NCBI GenBank assembly: GCA_002633005.1
Contig: NMRA01000013.1
Span: 1,846,403-1,910,402 of the forward strand
Direction of reading: 5' to 3'
From: Phoronis australis
Lineage: Eukaryota > Animalia > Phoronida
DNA: 64,000 bases
Shown here: piece by piece, positions 49,724-61,700 of the stretch
How positions within the stretch are numbered: the stretch's first letter is position 1
Layout of the letters: each line of letters begins with the position of its first letter
Notes under the pieces: model-generated
What the model saw: only the letters and a program-made list of their open reading frames with translations
Database searches by the model: none
What the model was told of the DNA's origin: nothing
Program-made: the position numbers and the translations under genes

Positions 49724-52700
49724 TCAAACATTCTCGAACGTCAGTTCAATGTTGAAGTTATTCTTAAACAGTTTCCATGTCTTCTCCTTGTGTGGATTAT
49801 CAATCACATTTCTGTGCAGTCTCAATCTGAAACAAAATGACAATAATTCCTAATTGTTTCAATATACCAGTTAGCAGCTCCATCTAGTGTTCAATAACAC
49901 ACAACCAGCCTATTTCTAGTAGACTGATTGCTATATTGCTTTAGGTACATAATATGACACGCCCATGAGCTATGTTATTATATCAAGTTCAGTCTTCAAC
50001 AACAGTTAATTGAATTAACAGTTCCTGTTAAGCCATTAATTCTATGTAGATGTGCCTTCCATTTCCACGTGGTCAAGTACTTGAGAGATCAGCAACTGAA
50101 AATGGAACTTTTTAATGCAGTACAGGGTGAACACTTGACCTTTTTGAAAACCAACCACTTTGAAGACTGTGGTAAAAAGAACACATAAAGATTCCATTTT
50201 TATGTAACTTAATACACAATGCTTTCATCGTTTTAAAAATCGTGCTTCCAGTTTGTAGCATTTTCACATGACTCTGTCTAAGAATGCCGACCAGAATAAC
50301 CCGTCCGTTAGCACCTGAAGAAATGAATGTTTGGTTTGATAGCATGACAACCATGCAATAAACATCCCGTTTAAATGAAATAAGCCAAGGATAAATTTAA
50401 AGAAATCTTGAATTTCTCCAATGTCACGCGGGTAGCCAGCCTATTCTATCCACATTCCATTCACATTAGAGGGCTAGTCATCCATGACGGCATTCTCCCG
50501 TTCAGTGACTTTACCAGACGCTGAGGGTTGTGATCTTGTAAGAACATCTAGCTCCTTTGTTAATTGCCAAGCACAGTCTTTTGTCTCTCGTATGACAACA
50601 GGCAGGCCAATTATCTACTAGGCTTATAACAGACCTCATGTGAACACAGTCAAACCCAGAGCGAATTGGTATGTTCGGTTGCAGCTGGGTGATTTTGGGG
50701 TTTCAAAAACTAAACATGATCAGCATTTGACGAGGAATTCAGAAATGCTATTGGTTTATGTTCAAATTTGTTATAACTAATATTTATTTTTAACAGCACA
50801 GCCCAGTCAGGCTAGATATGATCTTGTTGGAGAATAGAGCAATTATCGAACAAAAGAGAGCTGGCCCTCCAACCATAAATGCTAGAATGGAGTTAATCAG
50901 TCATGTAAGATATTGGTTACAGGGGTCATCTTCCCAATTTGTTTTTGGGCTATATAATTGAACAAGTTGGGATCAACGGAAAACACCGTAATGCAATAGA
51001 GTGACTGTTCACAAGGTCATATAGTGAGGGTAATTACTATTTCTTATCAGATCATATCTAAAAGAAGGCTTGCCAGCAAATTATACAAATCACTAAACTC
51101 AAAATAGAAACAGGGTCTAAAAGAATGCGGATAAAGCAGGTGGAGATGACAGAATCTTGTTTAAAGCGCATGTTTACGACATGACGCAAGTCTTTCTGCA
51201 GAGTCCATTCCCGTTCCACATCAATACAAGCAGATGAAAGGTTTTAATCTCCTAAGTAATTCAGACACATATGTTACCAGCATTGAACTCCTACAATAAC
51301 TCAGTTTCATTTTTTTGGAGAAATTGGTTAATTTTAAACATTAGTACCCAATATCACAGACAAGTGTCATATTTCTAAGAAAATAAAGACCAAGATTACT
51401 GCATTACCTTGGAATTGTACCGTGTAGGTGGAATAAAACAGCATTTGGTTAAGTTTCGGTTACTTGCAGCAAGGTTATTAGAAAACAGGAAAATGAGAAT
51501 TTTGGAAAATCTTGGGCCAAAATAGGGAAGAAACACATTTATGTCTATAAAATCTCATGAGCCATGGAGCTAATGGAACTGCAAATTACAATTGAATGGT
51601 AAACTTGCAATTTGCAGCATGCAATTATGACAATTAGTTGAAGTCTTTTTCATGACTTACCTGTTCTCTTCAATAAATGACGTGTGGAACCAGAAATAAA
51701 ACGGGCAGTTGTCGTAACCTTTTGGAATATTCTGGAACATAGACAAAGTAGTCAGTGTAGCGTGCCCCCAGTCAGGCTTTGTGGTGAAACACAGTGCATG
51801 AAACGGAAACCTTATGAGTTCAGTTCCACATTTGTGTACCAGCCAAGAGTCTTAGCTTTGAATCCAGAGGAGTTCTATATGGGGAAGCGCCTGATCATGA
51901 CAGTGAATCTTCCAATACAAACTAAGTGATGAACTATATTATTTTGGTTCAAAAGTGATATCAAGTAGGAACACTAACTCAAGGACGTATTAAAGAAACA
52001 AAACAAAGATTTCCAACCAAAAACATGAGGCCCGTCGATATACACAAATGAACAATTAAAATACAAGTACGGGCACAAGTACTTACTGCACTTGACTCAA
52101 ATCTGACTTTAATATCTCCCATCAACTCCGGCACATTGACTAACGTAGCCACCATGCTGCCCTCTGCTCTGTAGTTCATAACCTGGTGCGAAATACATGG
52201 AAAACAAGTTAAACCAAACCATAATATAAAACACACAACATTAAAGCTACTCGTATTTCATCTTTCAAGACCTTATCATAATAAAACCAAAAATTGTCAC
52301 TTTAGGCTAAATAGTGAAACAAAATCCAATGATCAGGTTGATCTACTATGGTATCAATGGCATAACATTATAATGTCGTGGTGATGAACAGAGTGGAGTT
52401 GGCAGGTAGGCAATTCGAGACTGGCCAGAAAACCATAATCATTCCGCTAGATTATTCTTCATTGTACTTTAATCCCACAGTGTTAAGACATGAGTAGCCT
52501 GAACAATTGAGATGTTTGATTTCATTTTTCGTCCTTTTTGTGGAAGGAAACAGTACCAGTGATAATAGAATAGTGTGTTCAGCGTATACTCCCTAAGTTC
52601 ACTTCACACTAATAGCACTATGAGCTATATCAACATGTCAAAAAAACATCAGGTTCTGAGACAACATGGAATTTCGCAAGGAAGAGACTACACTCTGCAC

Positions 52701-55700
52701 GCTGGCAAATGGCTGCATAAATTTAACTGAAATATTTTAAACAGTTGCTACATATTACCGTTCTGACAACACAACTTACCTGACAATTCCAGTTGTTGCC
52801 AAACGAACACCTAAATATTTCTTGTTTGTCGGAGATTAGTTTCATACTGAGGTCACTGCCATCTCCATTGCCAATACCTGAAAACACCAGGAGAGTGAAT
52901 TTTTCAAAAAAGGTTAAGTATGTTGTAGGAGTTGGGTACACACAATATTCACTAAACAGAATTTGCCGATTAGAAGAGTGCGCCGAGTGTTAGGATGCTG
53001 GCAACAAGCCTAAGATATCTCAGGAAGCATACGGTCTGACAGAATATTAAATGAGATTTTTATGGGTTAACATATTAATACTTCTGTATTTTCTTGAAGG
53101 TTCACCCACTAAAGTATGATTAGCTTAAAATAAAAAGTCAAATGACTTAAGTTTCTCATAAGGATACTATTTCTTAGGGCGGGGTAATCTGAGTCACTCT
53201 ACAGAATTTCACGAACATTTTACTTAATAGGCTGCCTAGACTCTAAGAGACTTTCAAATGACTGTAACCTCCTTTAACCTGGCTTTATCAGTTCACATTG
53301 AACTCCCAAGGGCAGAAGTAACTCATTTAGCAATTGGATTCAAAAAGAAAACCAAAATAATCAAAACCATAACCATGCACCTTGCTCCCCCTGTAGGAAA
53401 ATAGAATAACCGGGTTCACATTCTGTTCCTTTATTCAAGTTTAGTTAAGCAAAACACTCAATTCTGCTCTTGTATTCAACTAATGAGGCCAATCGCCCGC
53501 AAAAATCTATTACCATTTTTTATCAGAATGATAACAATTTACGCTTTAATCTTGTCTCACCTTCAGGTGACACCGTTAACCATGTTATTGCAGAGACTTG
53601 TGATAACTTAGTTCAAAGTCTAACAACGCCTTAACATCATCTTCTACATTCACTGATATGAGCACCAGACATCACAATGGCTGGTAAAAATCAAGGAGTA
53701 TGGTTTACTGCAATATTGTCGTTATCCTATGTGCTAGCAGCTGAAGCCCACTCAGCAGATGTACGGACTGCAGGACCGCCACTGCCCACACCTTCAGTTG
53801 GACCTAAAGGAGAGCCAATACCTACACCCTCAGTTGGATCTGGAGAGCCACAACCTACACCTTCAGGCTGCTGCAGCCAAATTACTGACATTAAGACTGA
53901 ACTGGACACGGCGAGGAAGATTTTGAATTCAGTCAGTCAGGAGTTGGCTATAAAAAACATGGCTGCCACAGCATTGGAAACTAAGACAGGAAATCTGGAG
54001 AAGGAAATAGAAACATTGAAGTCAAATGATAAGAAACATCTAAATGACCAGGCAGCGCAACAAACGTTGATAAGAGATATGATAACGCAACAAATGTTGC
54101 TCCAAACTCAAAATAATCTACTTGCTACCCAATCACGGAATCAGGCAGCAGAGGTGAAGGATCTCAAGAAGCAGGTGGCTAGTCTACTGACCAATCAGAT
54201 TAAAGTCCAACAGCAATTGAGCAGCCAAGATGCAGTGTTGAAAAAGCATAAAAATGTACTGAAGTCGGTGACAAATAAGCAAGTTGATATCTTTCAACAA
54301 GTTGCTGAGCAGACAATTGTTAACCAAAATCAATCAAGAGAGCAAAATGACTTCAAAATTACGCAAGCAGAGTTACGCAGCAGACAAAACCTTCTTTTGA
54401 AGTCTCTGGCCAATCACTCTTTCTCAGTCGATGCATTTAATACCAAAGTGGATAACTACAGGGCAGACTGCGAGAACAACATTCGCAACACAACCGCAAC
54501 ACTGCAGAACCAAATCAATACATTTTCAAGATACCAACAACGTCAAGACCTTCAGGTAAAACAACAAGCAAGTTTAATCACCAAAATATCAGAACAGCGA
54601 GCAGTCCAGAATAATAAGACTTCAACACGACTGAAATACCTGTCAGTAGTTTACGGACAACTTGATACGGAGTTGAGGAACTTGGAGGTAACTCACAACC
54701 GGCTTGAGCAGGATTTTGTTAACTGTACACAGCAAGCCAAGAAAACCGACGACTTACTGAGGTCAACACTACAGAGTGTTCAAGTCCAGCAGACATTACT
54801 AACAACGAAGCTTCATGATCTAGAAAGTAAGAGAACAGTCGAACTTGCCATTAAATTTGGGGCATCTAATGACACCAATTAGCCATATGTACAACTAGCA
54901 AATCCATCTAGTGAGTCACAAAACCACCCCTTTACCATTGGGACTAAGTCATAACATGCTTTTGCCACAATGGTTAACTTAGTTACACGATAGCACAAGA
55001 GCACCAAGCTACCTCTGTAGAAATAGTCACCTTCAGGAAGTCATGTGGAACAAGGCCACAAATAGCACCATCTCATGAATAAGTCTTTGTGAATCACAAC
55101 ACGCTGCAACAATTTATCAGGCGTTCTTCACAAGACTATAAATGCCCACAGATTAAGCACTGGCTGAGAGAACAGACTAAATCACTCTAATTTTGAGTGT
55201 CCATATTTGACATTAAAAACCAACAAGAGGTCAGGGTACCATGAGCAGAGTTGCACATGACATTTGGCTTTTCTCAATTTCCAACTGCTGGTGTGTGGGA
55301 CTCTTTGTAGTTGGCCCATTGTGCTGCGCTGCCAGCAGAATCTATGAAGTAGAATACTCACTATAATTGCTAGATTTAGGTTATGAAAGTCACATTTCTA
55401 GTCCAGTTTTCAAAATTCAAAAAAATAGCCATGTGTACTTTTCACAAACTATTCAAGTATAAGTCTATTTAAAACATTCAAAACAAAATTTTAAAAAATA
55501 CTACCAGTGTTTACAATGGTTACCATGTTTACGATGGTCAATTTTGTGCCTAATTACCCAAGTCATTCCAGAAAGAACAATTACATCTGCTTCAGCTGAA
55601 GCTGGCTGGTTTCTTTGGAAGGTGGCAGATTTTTTTTATGGCTAGCAAACCAGTGGAGTAGCTCAATCCCGACCAGTGAGGGTATGAGCGTGGGATTCTT

Positions 55701-58700
55701 TGCATGCCACTGGAGTACTAAGCATTAGGCTTTATTCACCACAGTATCTGTCTAATCGTATGTAAAGATGATGGTGTTAAGAAGAAAAATTAATATTACC
55801 ATACATATCCTGATTTAACACATTTGGTTCACTCCCACCCCTGAAATTTCTAAATTTGCCCAGCTCAGCTTAATCCCCAATCTGAGTTCATACCATTGAG
55901 ATGCCCTTGAAAGTGTCTGTCTTGTGCAAGTTTTAGTAATCTATAATTACTTGCAGGTCACCTTAATTTGACCTATGAGATACTGATGGAAAAAACTACA
56001 GGCAACAAGAAAGGGTCTAAATTGGACGGCCGTAAGTAACAGTTTTATTTTCAACCCACAAATGTGAGAAATCAAGACACAAAATTTTCCCAAACAGGCA
56101 TTATGGAAAATACAAAATGGAAACTTTGGTGACTTGCCTGAGTGGGTTGCAACATGTAGAAAGATTTCTTGGAATCAATTTGTATTTCAGTCCGTTGGCC
56201 AGAATTAAAAATGCATAAAAATCCTCTCTGAAGTTGATTATGACAGGCTTCACAACTGAAAATTTTTAAATGGAGTTGTATTAAGTATAAACCATGCACT
56301 CACAACATAAAATTGTTTTTAAAACTTTATTAAGCTAGTAAAAGTAAATAAAGACTGTTGTTCTCTTCTTAGTGAACTGCTCGGATATATCCGGGTTCAA
56401 GAAAGGCCAGGTTCTCTCCAAAAGAGGCAGCACACAAGGCACATTTGGTAGGGACCAGTTATCAAAAACAGGAGCATTCTACAGCATCGAGGGGTGGATC
56501 AATGTAAAAATGCTGAATCTATATCCTTCGGAGGCAGACTTCATCAAGAACAAAAACGCCAGATCTTACGGGTTGCCAACAGAGTGCGTTGGTGCTCAGG
56601 CCCAGATGATTGGTGGAAAACTGTTCTGTCCACAGAGGAATCCTGCAACGATCCTCGTGTATGACCTGGCAAACTTGAATAAACCGTACAAGATCATCAA
56701 CATAACTCTTCCGGGCAGTGCCACTGTCAGAAATGTTTGCCAATATTCTTGGGGAGGACTGTCGTACGTCGATATTGAAGTCGACGAAACAGGGATTTAT
56801 ATTCTTTGGGCAAACAACCGTCAAAGCTGTAACTTTGTTCTCAGTAGACTAGACCCAATAACATTGAACAGTGACAAACACTGGCAGATTCCTATAACAA
56901 AAACGGGAAAGGGCAATGCGTTCATGGTTTGTGGCAAGCTTTATGTGACCAACAGTCATGATAACAAGACAAGCTTCATTTCACATGTGTTTGACACACA
57001 TAATAACAGCATAGTTACAAACCCGGGAATCCGTTATAGTAACGAATATGGCTATGGTGCGCATGCTCATTATGACCTAAGAGACAATGTATTGTACGTA
57101 TGGGACAGGGGGCATCAGCTAAAAGTAGGAATTGTTTGGAATCAGGCAAACAATTGACAATTGAAACTAATTGTTTGACATTATATATGTCGATTCAAAA
57201 ATGTGATTGTGTTTCAAAAAAATCAATCAATCTAAACTAGGACCCAAAACTGACACACAAAAAAAAAGTTCGCAAAGTGATCCTTATCATCGGCTGCACT
57301 AGATTCATTCACTTGGCATATATTAGTCCCATTCCGCTATGAAAAATATAGAATCACAAGAAATTTCCCTCATCAGGCCCAAAATTCCCCTCCAATGATC
57401 AAAAAAATACCCTAGGGTTAGAATCACTTCAGCAAAATGAGCAGGATGGGGGGCATTTTTTTAACCAAAACAACCCCCTTTCAGAAGGCACAGGCAACTT
57501 CCCCCAGATGAAAGAGTCTTGTAATGCAGCCATTCTGTCGAGGATGTAAATCTGGTGTCATACTCTCTCATTGAGCTCACCAACTAATCAAGATCATATG
57601 CAGGGTAACATTAGTGTAAATTTCAAAACCATTACTTGGATGAATTCACTTAGTCCACGACGATCCACGTGTGATTTTCTTCATTTTGACTTGGCAATAA
57701 ACTTAAATATTTCTCAACTTGATTTATGACAATGTCAAACTTTCTCGATGGCAGGATGATTGTGCTCTGCCTGGAGCTACAGCTATGTTCCACCCAAGAA
57801 ACAAGCGTTTTGTTTGGACCACTCACTGCAGATGTATTACTCTTAGTATCTTGTTCCCTACACAGAAGAGAAGTGATTACTGATCTTGGAAAGACCTACC
57901 AACCATATATTCCTGGACACTTGGCACATAAAATGACACGCATGCAGTGATAATTAGTCAACTCGTTAAGCCTGGTCTAGAGCAATAACGCACTATCAAG
58001 TTCTTTCAAATCCATGAAATTACCTTCAATTTGAATAAAGAATAAGTTCAAGTGGTCGAAATCAAAAGCTAGTTTCTTGTCCCTTTATGAGTGTCACTCT
58101 GACAAGGGTTAACTTTTTATGAAAATCGAATCCAAGATGGCCATCGATTGTTGTCACAAATACAGTAATACACTTGTCCTCCCAAAACCAGAATTTGTCC
58201 GTTTTTGATGCTAAAAATTTCTTGTATCTTATATAAATCATTAAACAAAATGGGCCTGATTCACCTGAGCACGATGGCTAACAACATTCTGCGTTACTTG
58301 ACAAACATTCCTTCAGAATCTCATTCTTACCTGCTAACCCTTCAATTTTCACCGAAACAAGTTTCAGTTGGATATCGGGAGGTAAATCTCCTTTGTGCTT
58401 CTTGACTATTTGTTCATAGTAACCCACATAGCGACTCTAAAAGGGAAAATAAATAATTATATGAAGTCTCCTACGTATGAGGCTATTCAACTTTCCACCC
58501 ATTCCACGTAACCTTCATTCTCAGTGTACGTCTGCTTTATCTGACTTTAACCAATGGTATTGCAAGCCCATACGAGACCAAGATCATTAAGGGTCCCTGA
58601 CAGTGGATAAACATTCTGTTGCGAAGTGATGATAAGATTTTGACTATACATAATTATAAGAACCCATGAAGGACTATGATCATAAAGTGGACTGACTATG

Positions 58701-61700
58701 TATAAACATTTTGTTGTTGGTCAGAATCTGACTATACCAAGAGCTGTGTAAAATATGAGAATGCTCATCAAAATGTTATACGCTGGATGAGGGAAGATTT
58801 ACGTAAAACTTCGATACTTATCAGCTGGGGATAAGTTTTGTAATTCCATGACGTCAAAAGTGCCATTCAACATTGGCAATATGACACGTGATAGCGAGAC
58901 ACTAGAGTATACAGTGCTGTTGTTGGCTAGCACATAAACTTTAAGCAATTGGGCCCAAGAGTATGTATACCTGGGCTTATAGAGGCACTCCATACCTGAC
59001 TAGGTGTTTCCACGCCTTGGAAAGTATTGCCAACACTTAGATCTGTTCTTCTTGTGCCAAAGTACTCTAAGCTGTCCTGAAAATGAACCAGTCTGTCAAA
59101 AACAGGAATATCATCTGCGGTGATAAACTTTTGGCGATATCAAAAAGCATTGCAGGCATTGTCTTTCTAATTCTAAAGCAATGGCCACCCCTCACAAACA
59201 TTTCTGAAAGCAGGCTCATAAAGAAGCTCTGAAGATCAGGGGCCCATTTTAAGAAACCGACTTAAGTTCAGGTTTGACTTAAGTCTAAGATAGTCTCAAC
59301 TTCCAAACTTTGAAACCATCACACCTTGGTAAGTTAGTCAGACTTAAGACAAAACATTAAGTCAAAAACCTAAGATCACTTTCTTGGAAAGTTGTAAGTG
59401 ACACAAATTCAAGACTTGTCTTTGCTAACTAAAGTCAGTTTTCTTGGAATGGGCCCCAAGGATCAATCTCCATATTGATCAGCCTGTTCAGAACTGCTAT
59501 AGGGGATCATTATCTCTTATCTGATTTTGTATACCTTACCCTATTGTGCCTGCATTGACTTTCATAATAAAGGGCTATTGTGGAGATGTTTAAACTGTAG
59601 GCTTGGGTAACAATAGGCATTCCTCTGCCTGTTACTAAAGACCAAGCTACACCACAAGGGAAAGCACTACGTTCAGCCTTTAGCTGGCCAAGCTTAGATA
59701 TCTATGTCCATTTCAGTTGGCAGTGTTTTCGAAGAACTTCGGCCCAAGTATAAATATTACACTTCATTTCCCTCTGATAGCATGAAGCGCGCTTATCCCG
59801 AGTAAGAGATGATGGCTGTTGGAAGTTTAAACATTTGAAATGTTCGTTGTAAAAGGATGTTTCACGAATACCATAATCATAGCTAGGGCCAAAACAGAAC
59901 AGTATTTTTAAAGTCATAAGTTTTTTACTATTCAAAGGCCACCTATTCTGATAGTGTTTTTGAATTCCAAGTTCGTACGCCACATGATGCATCGTCTGAG
60001 CAGTCTCAAAACTCNNNNNNNNNNNNNNNNNNNNNNNNNNNNNNNNNNNNNNNNNNNNNNNNNNNNNNNNNNNNNNNNNNNNNNNNNNNNNNNNNNNNNN
60101 NNNNNNNNNNNNNNNNNNNNNNNNNNNNNNNNNNNNNNNNNNNNNNNNNNNNNNNNNNNNNNNNNNNNNNNNNNNNNNNNNNNNNNNNNNNNNNNNNNNN
60201 NNNNNNNNNNNNNNNNNNNNNNNNNNNNNNNNNNNNNNNNNNNNNNNNNNNNNNNNNNNNNNNNNNNNNNNNNNNNNNNNNNNNNNNNNNNNNNNNNNNN
60301 NNNNNNNNNNNNNNNNNNNNNNNNNNNNNNNNNNNNNNNNNNNNNNNNNNNNNNNNNNNNNNNNNNNNNNNNNNNNNNNNNNNNNNNNNNNNNNNNNNNN
60401 NNNNNNNNNNNNNNNNNNNNNNNNNNNNNNNNNNNNNNNNNNNNNNNNNNNNNNNNNNNNNNNNNNNNNNNNNNNNNNNNNNNNNNNNNNNNNNNNNNNN
60501 NNNNNNNNNNNNNNNNNNNNNNNNNNNNNNNNNNNNNNNNNNNNNNNNNNNNNNNNNNNNNNNNNNNNNNNNNNNNNNNNNNNNNNNNNNNNNNNNNNNN
60601 NNNNNNNNNNNNNNNNNNNNNNNNNNNNNNNNNNNNNNNNNNNNNNNNNNNNNNNNNNNNNNNNNNNNNNNNNAGTCGGCGAGTTTTCGCCCTGGAATTT
60701 CAGCACAATTTTCTGTAAAATGGTCGTAATTTAGCTGCAAAGTTTGATAGCAATGCAACACAGTTTTGTTGAAAGTCTTTCATAGATTACATATACGTCA
60801 CAGAGCGTAAATTTTATGAATCTTAGCTTCCGAATTCACCCGTTTCGGAGACCGGGTTTCAACCGCCTTGGGTTACAATATCTGAAACTTCTATTCTGGT
60901 GTCTGCTCAAGGCCTAGTTAATGCTTACGTAATACTGCACAAGCGATTTGTGTGGTTGGCTGGCTCACTATAGGGCTATTGTTAGGACGGCTTTGTCATG
61001 AGCGACAGCAGGCAACTGGGATAGCAAAGCGGTTGCTCGCTGAGAGGGCTGACCCTCATGTCAACAAAGGAGGCATCACAGTGTTTTTATGAAGAAGCAA
61101 GACTGAGTCAACAGCTTTCAAGATGAGAACTGAGAATTTGAACACGCAACATTTCACATGACTCCGCCTATGGTTATTCTCCACTTTACAGCTGAGCACA
61201 CAACATGGCTAATTCAATTTTTATTGTCATTTTTACCACAAAAATAAAGATAAAGAAACCTTTAGTTTATGACTAGCACGGTTTGTACTGTGTTGATGTC
61301 ATAAAACAACTTTTGGTAATCCATTATTGGTGGTAAAGTGATCAGCCTTTAAAAAACTAGAAAATGACAATTTTGGCAATTATTTTTGTGGGAAATAACT
61401 GAGGAATTACTGTACATGTAGTGCTTTACTAAACAGGTCAATGATCACCGATGATCTTAATACAAAAAACCCAAGCCCTCCAATTGATTATTACTCAGTA
61501 CACATCAGAAATAATCTTTCAAAATTGCGTTTGTCTAAAATAATCTGTCTCTACACATACTCGTACCATGAAATTTGATTGCTTGCCCTCAGATGTCATG
61601 ACAAGTAATCCCTATAGCGGTCAACCATCACAATAGTAAACTGCAAGTCATTGTGTCTGATCATTTGTAATAAGTTCAGAAATCGATCACTCACAGTTGC

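Noticed and set aside
59702-60761. Three long ORFs of 251-334 aa
   Set aside because: Artefacts of translating through the N gap.
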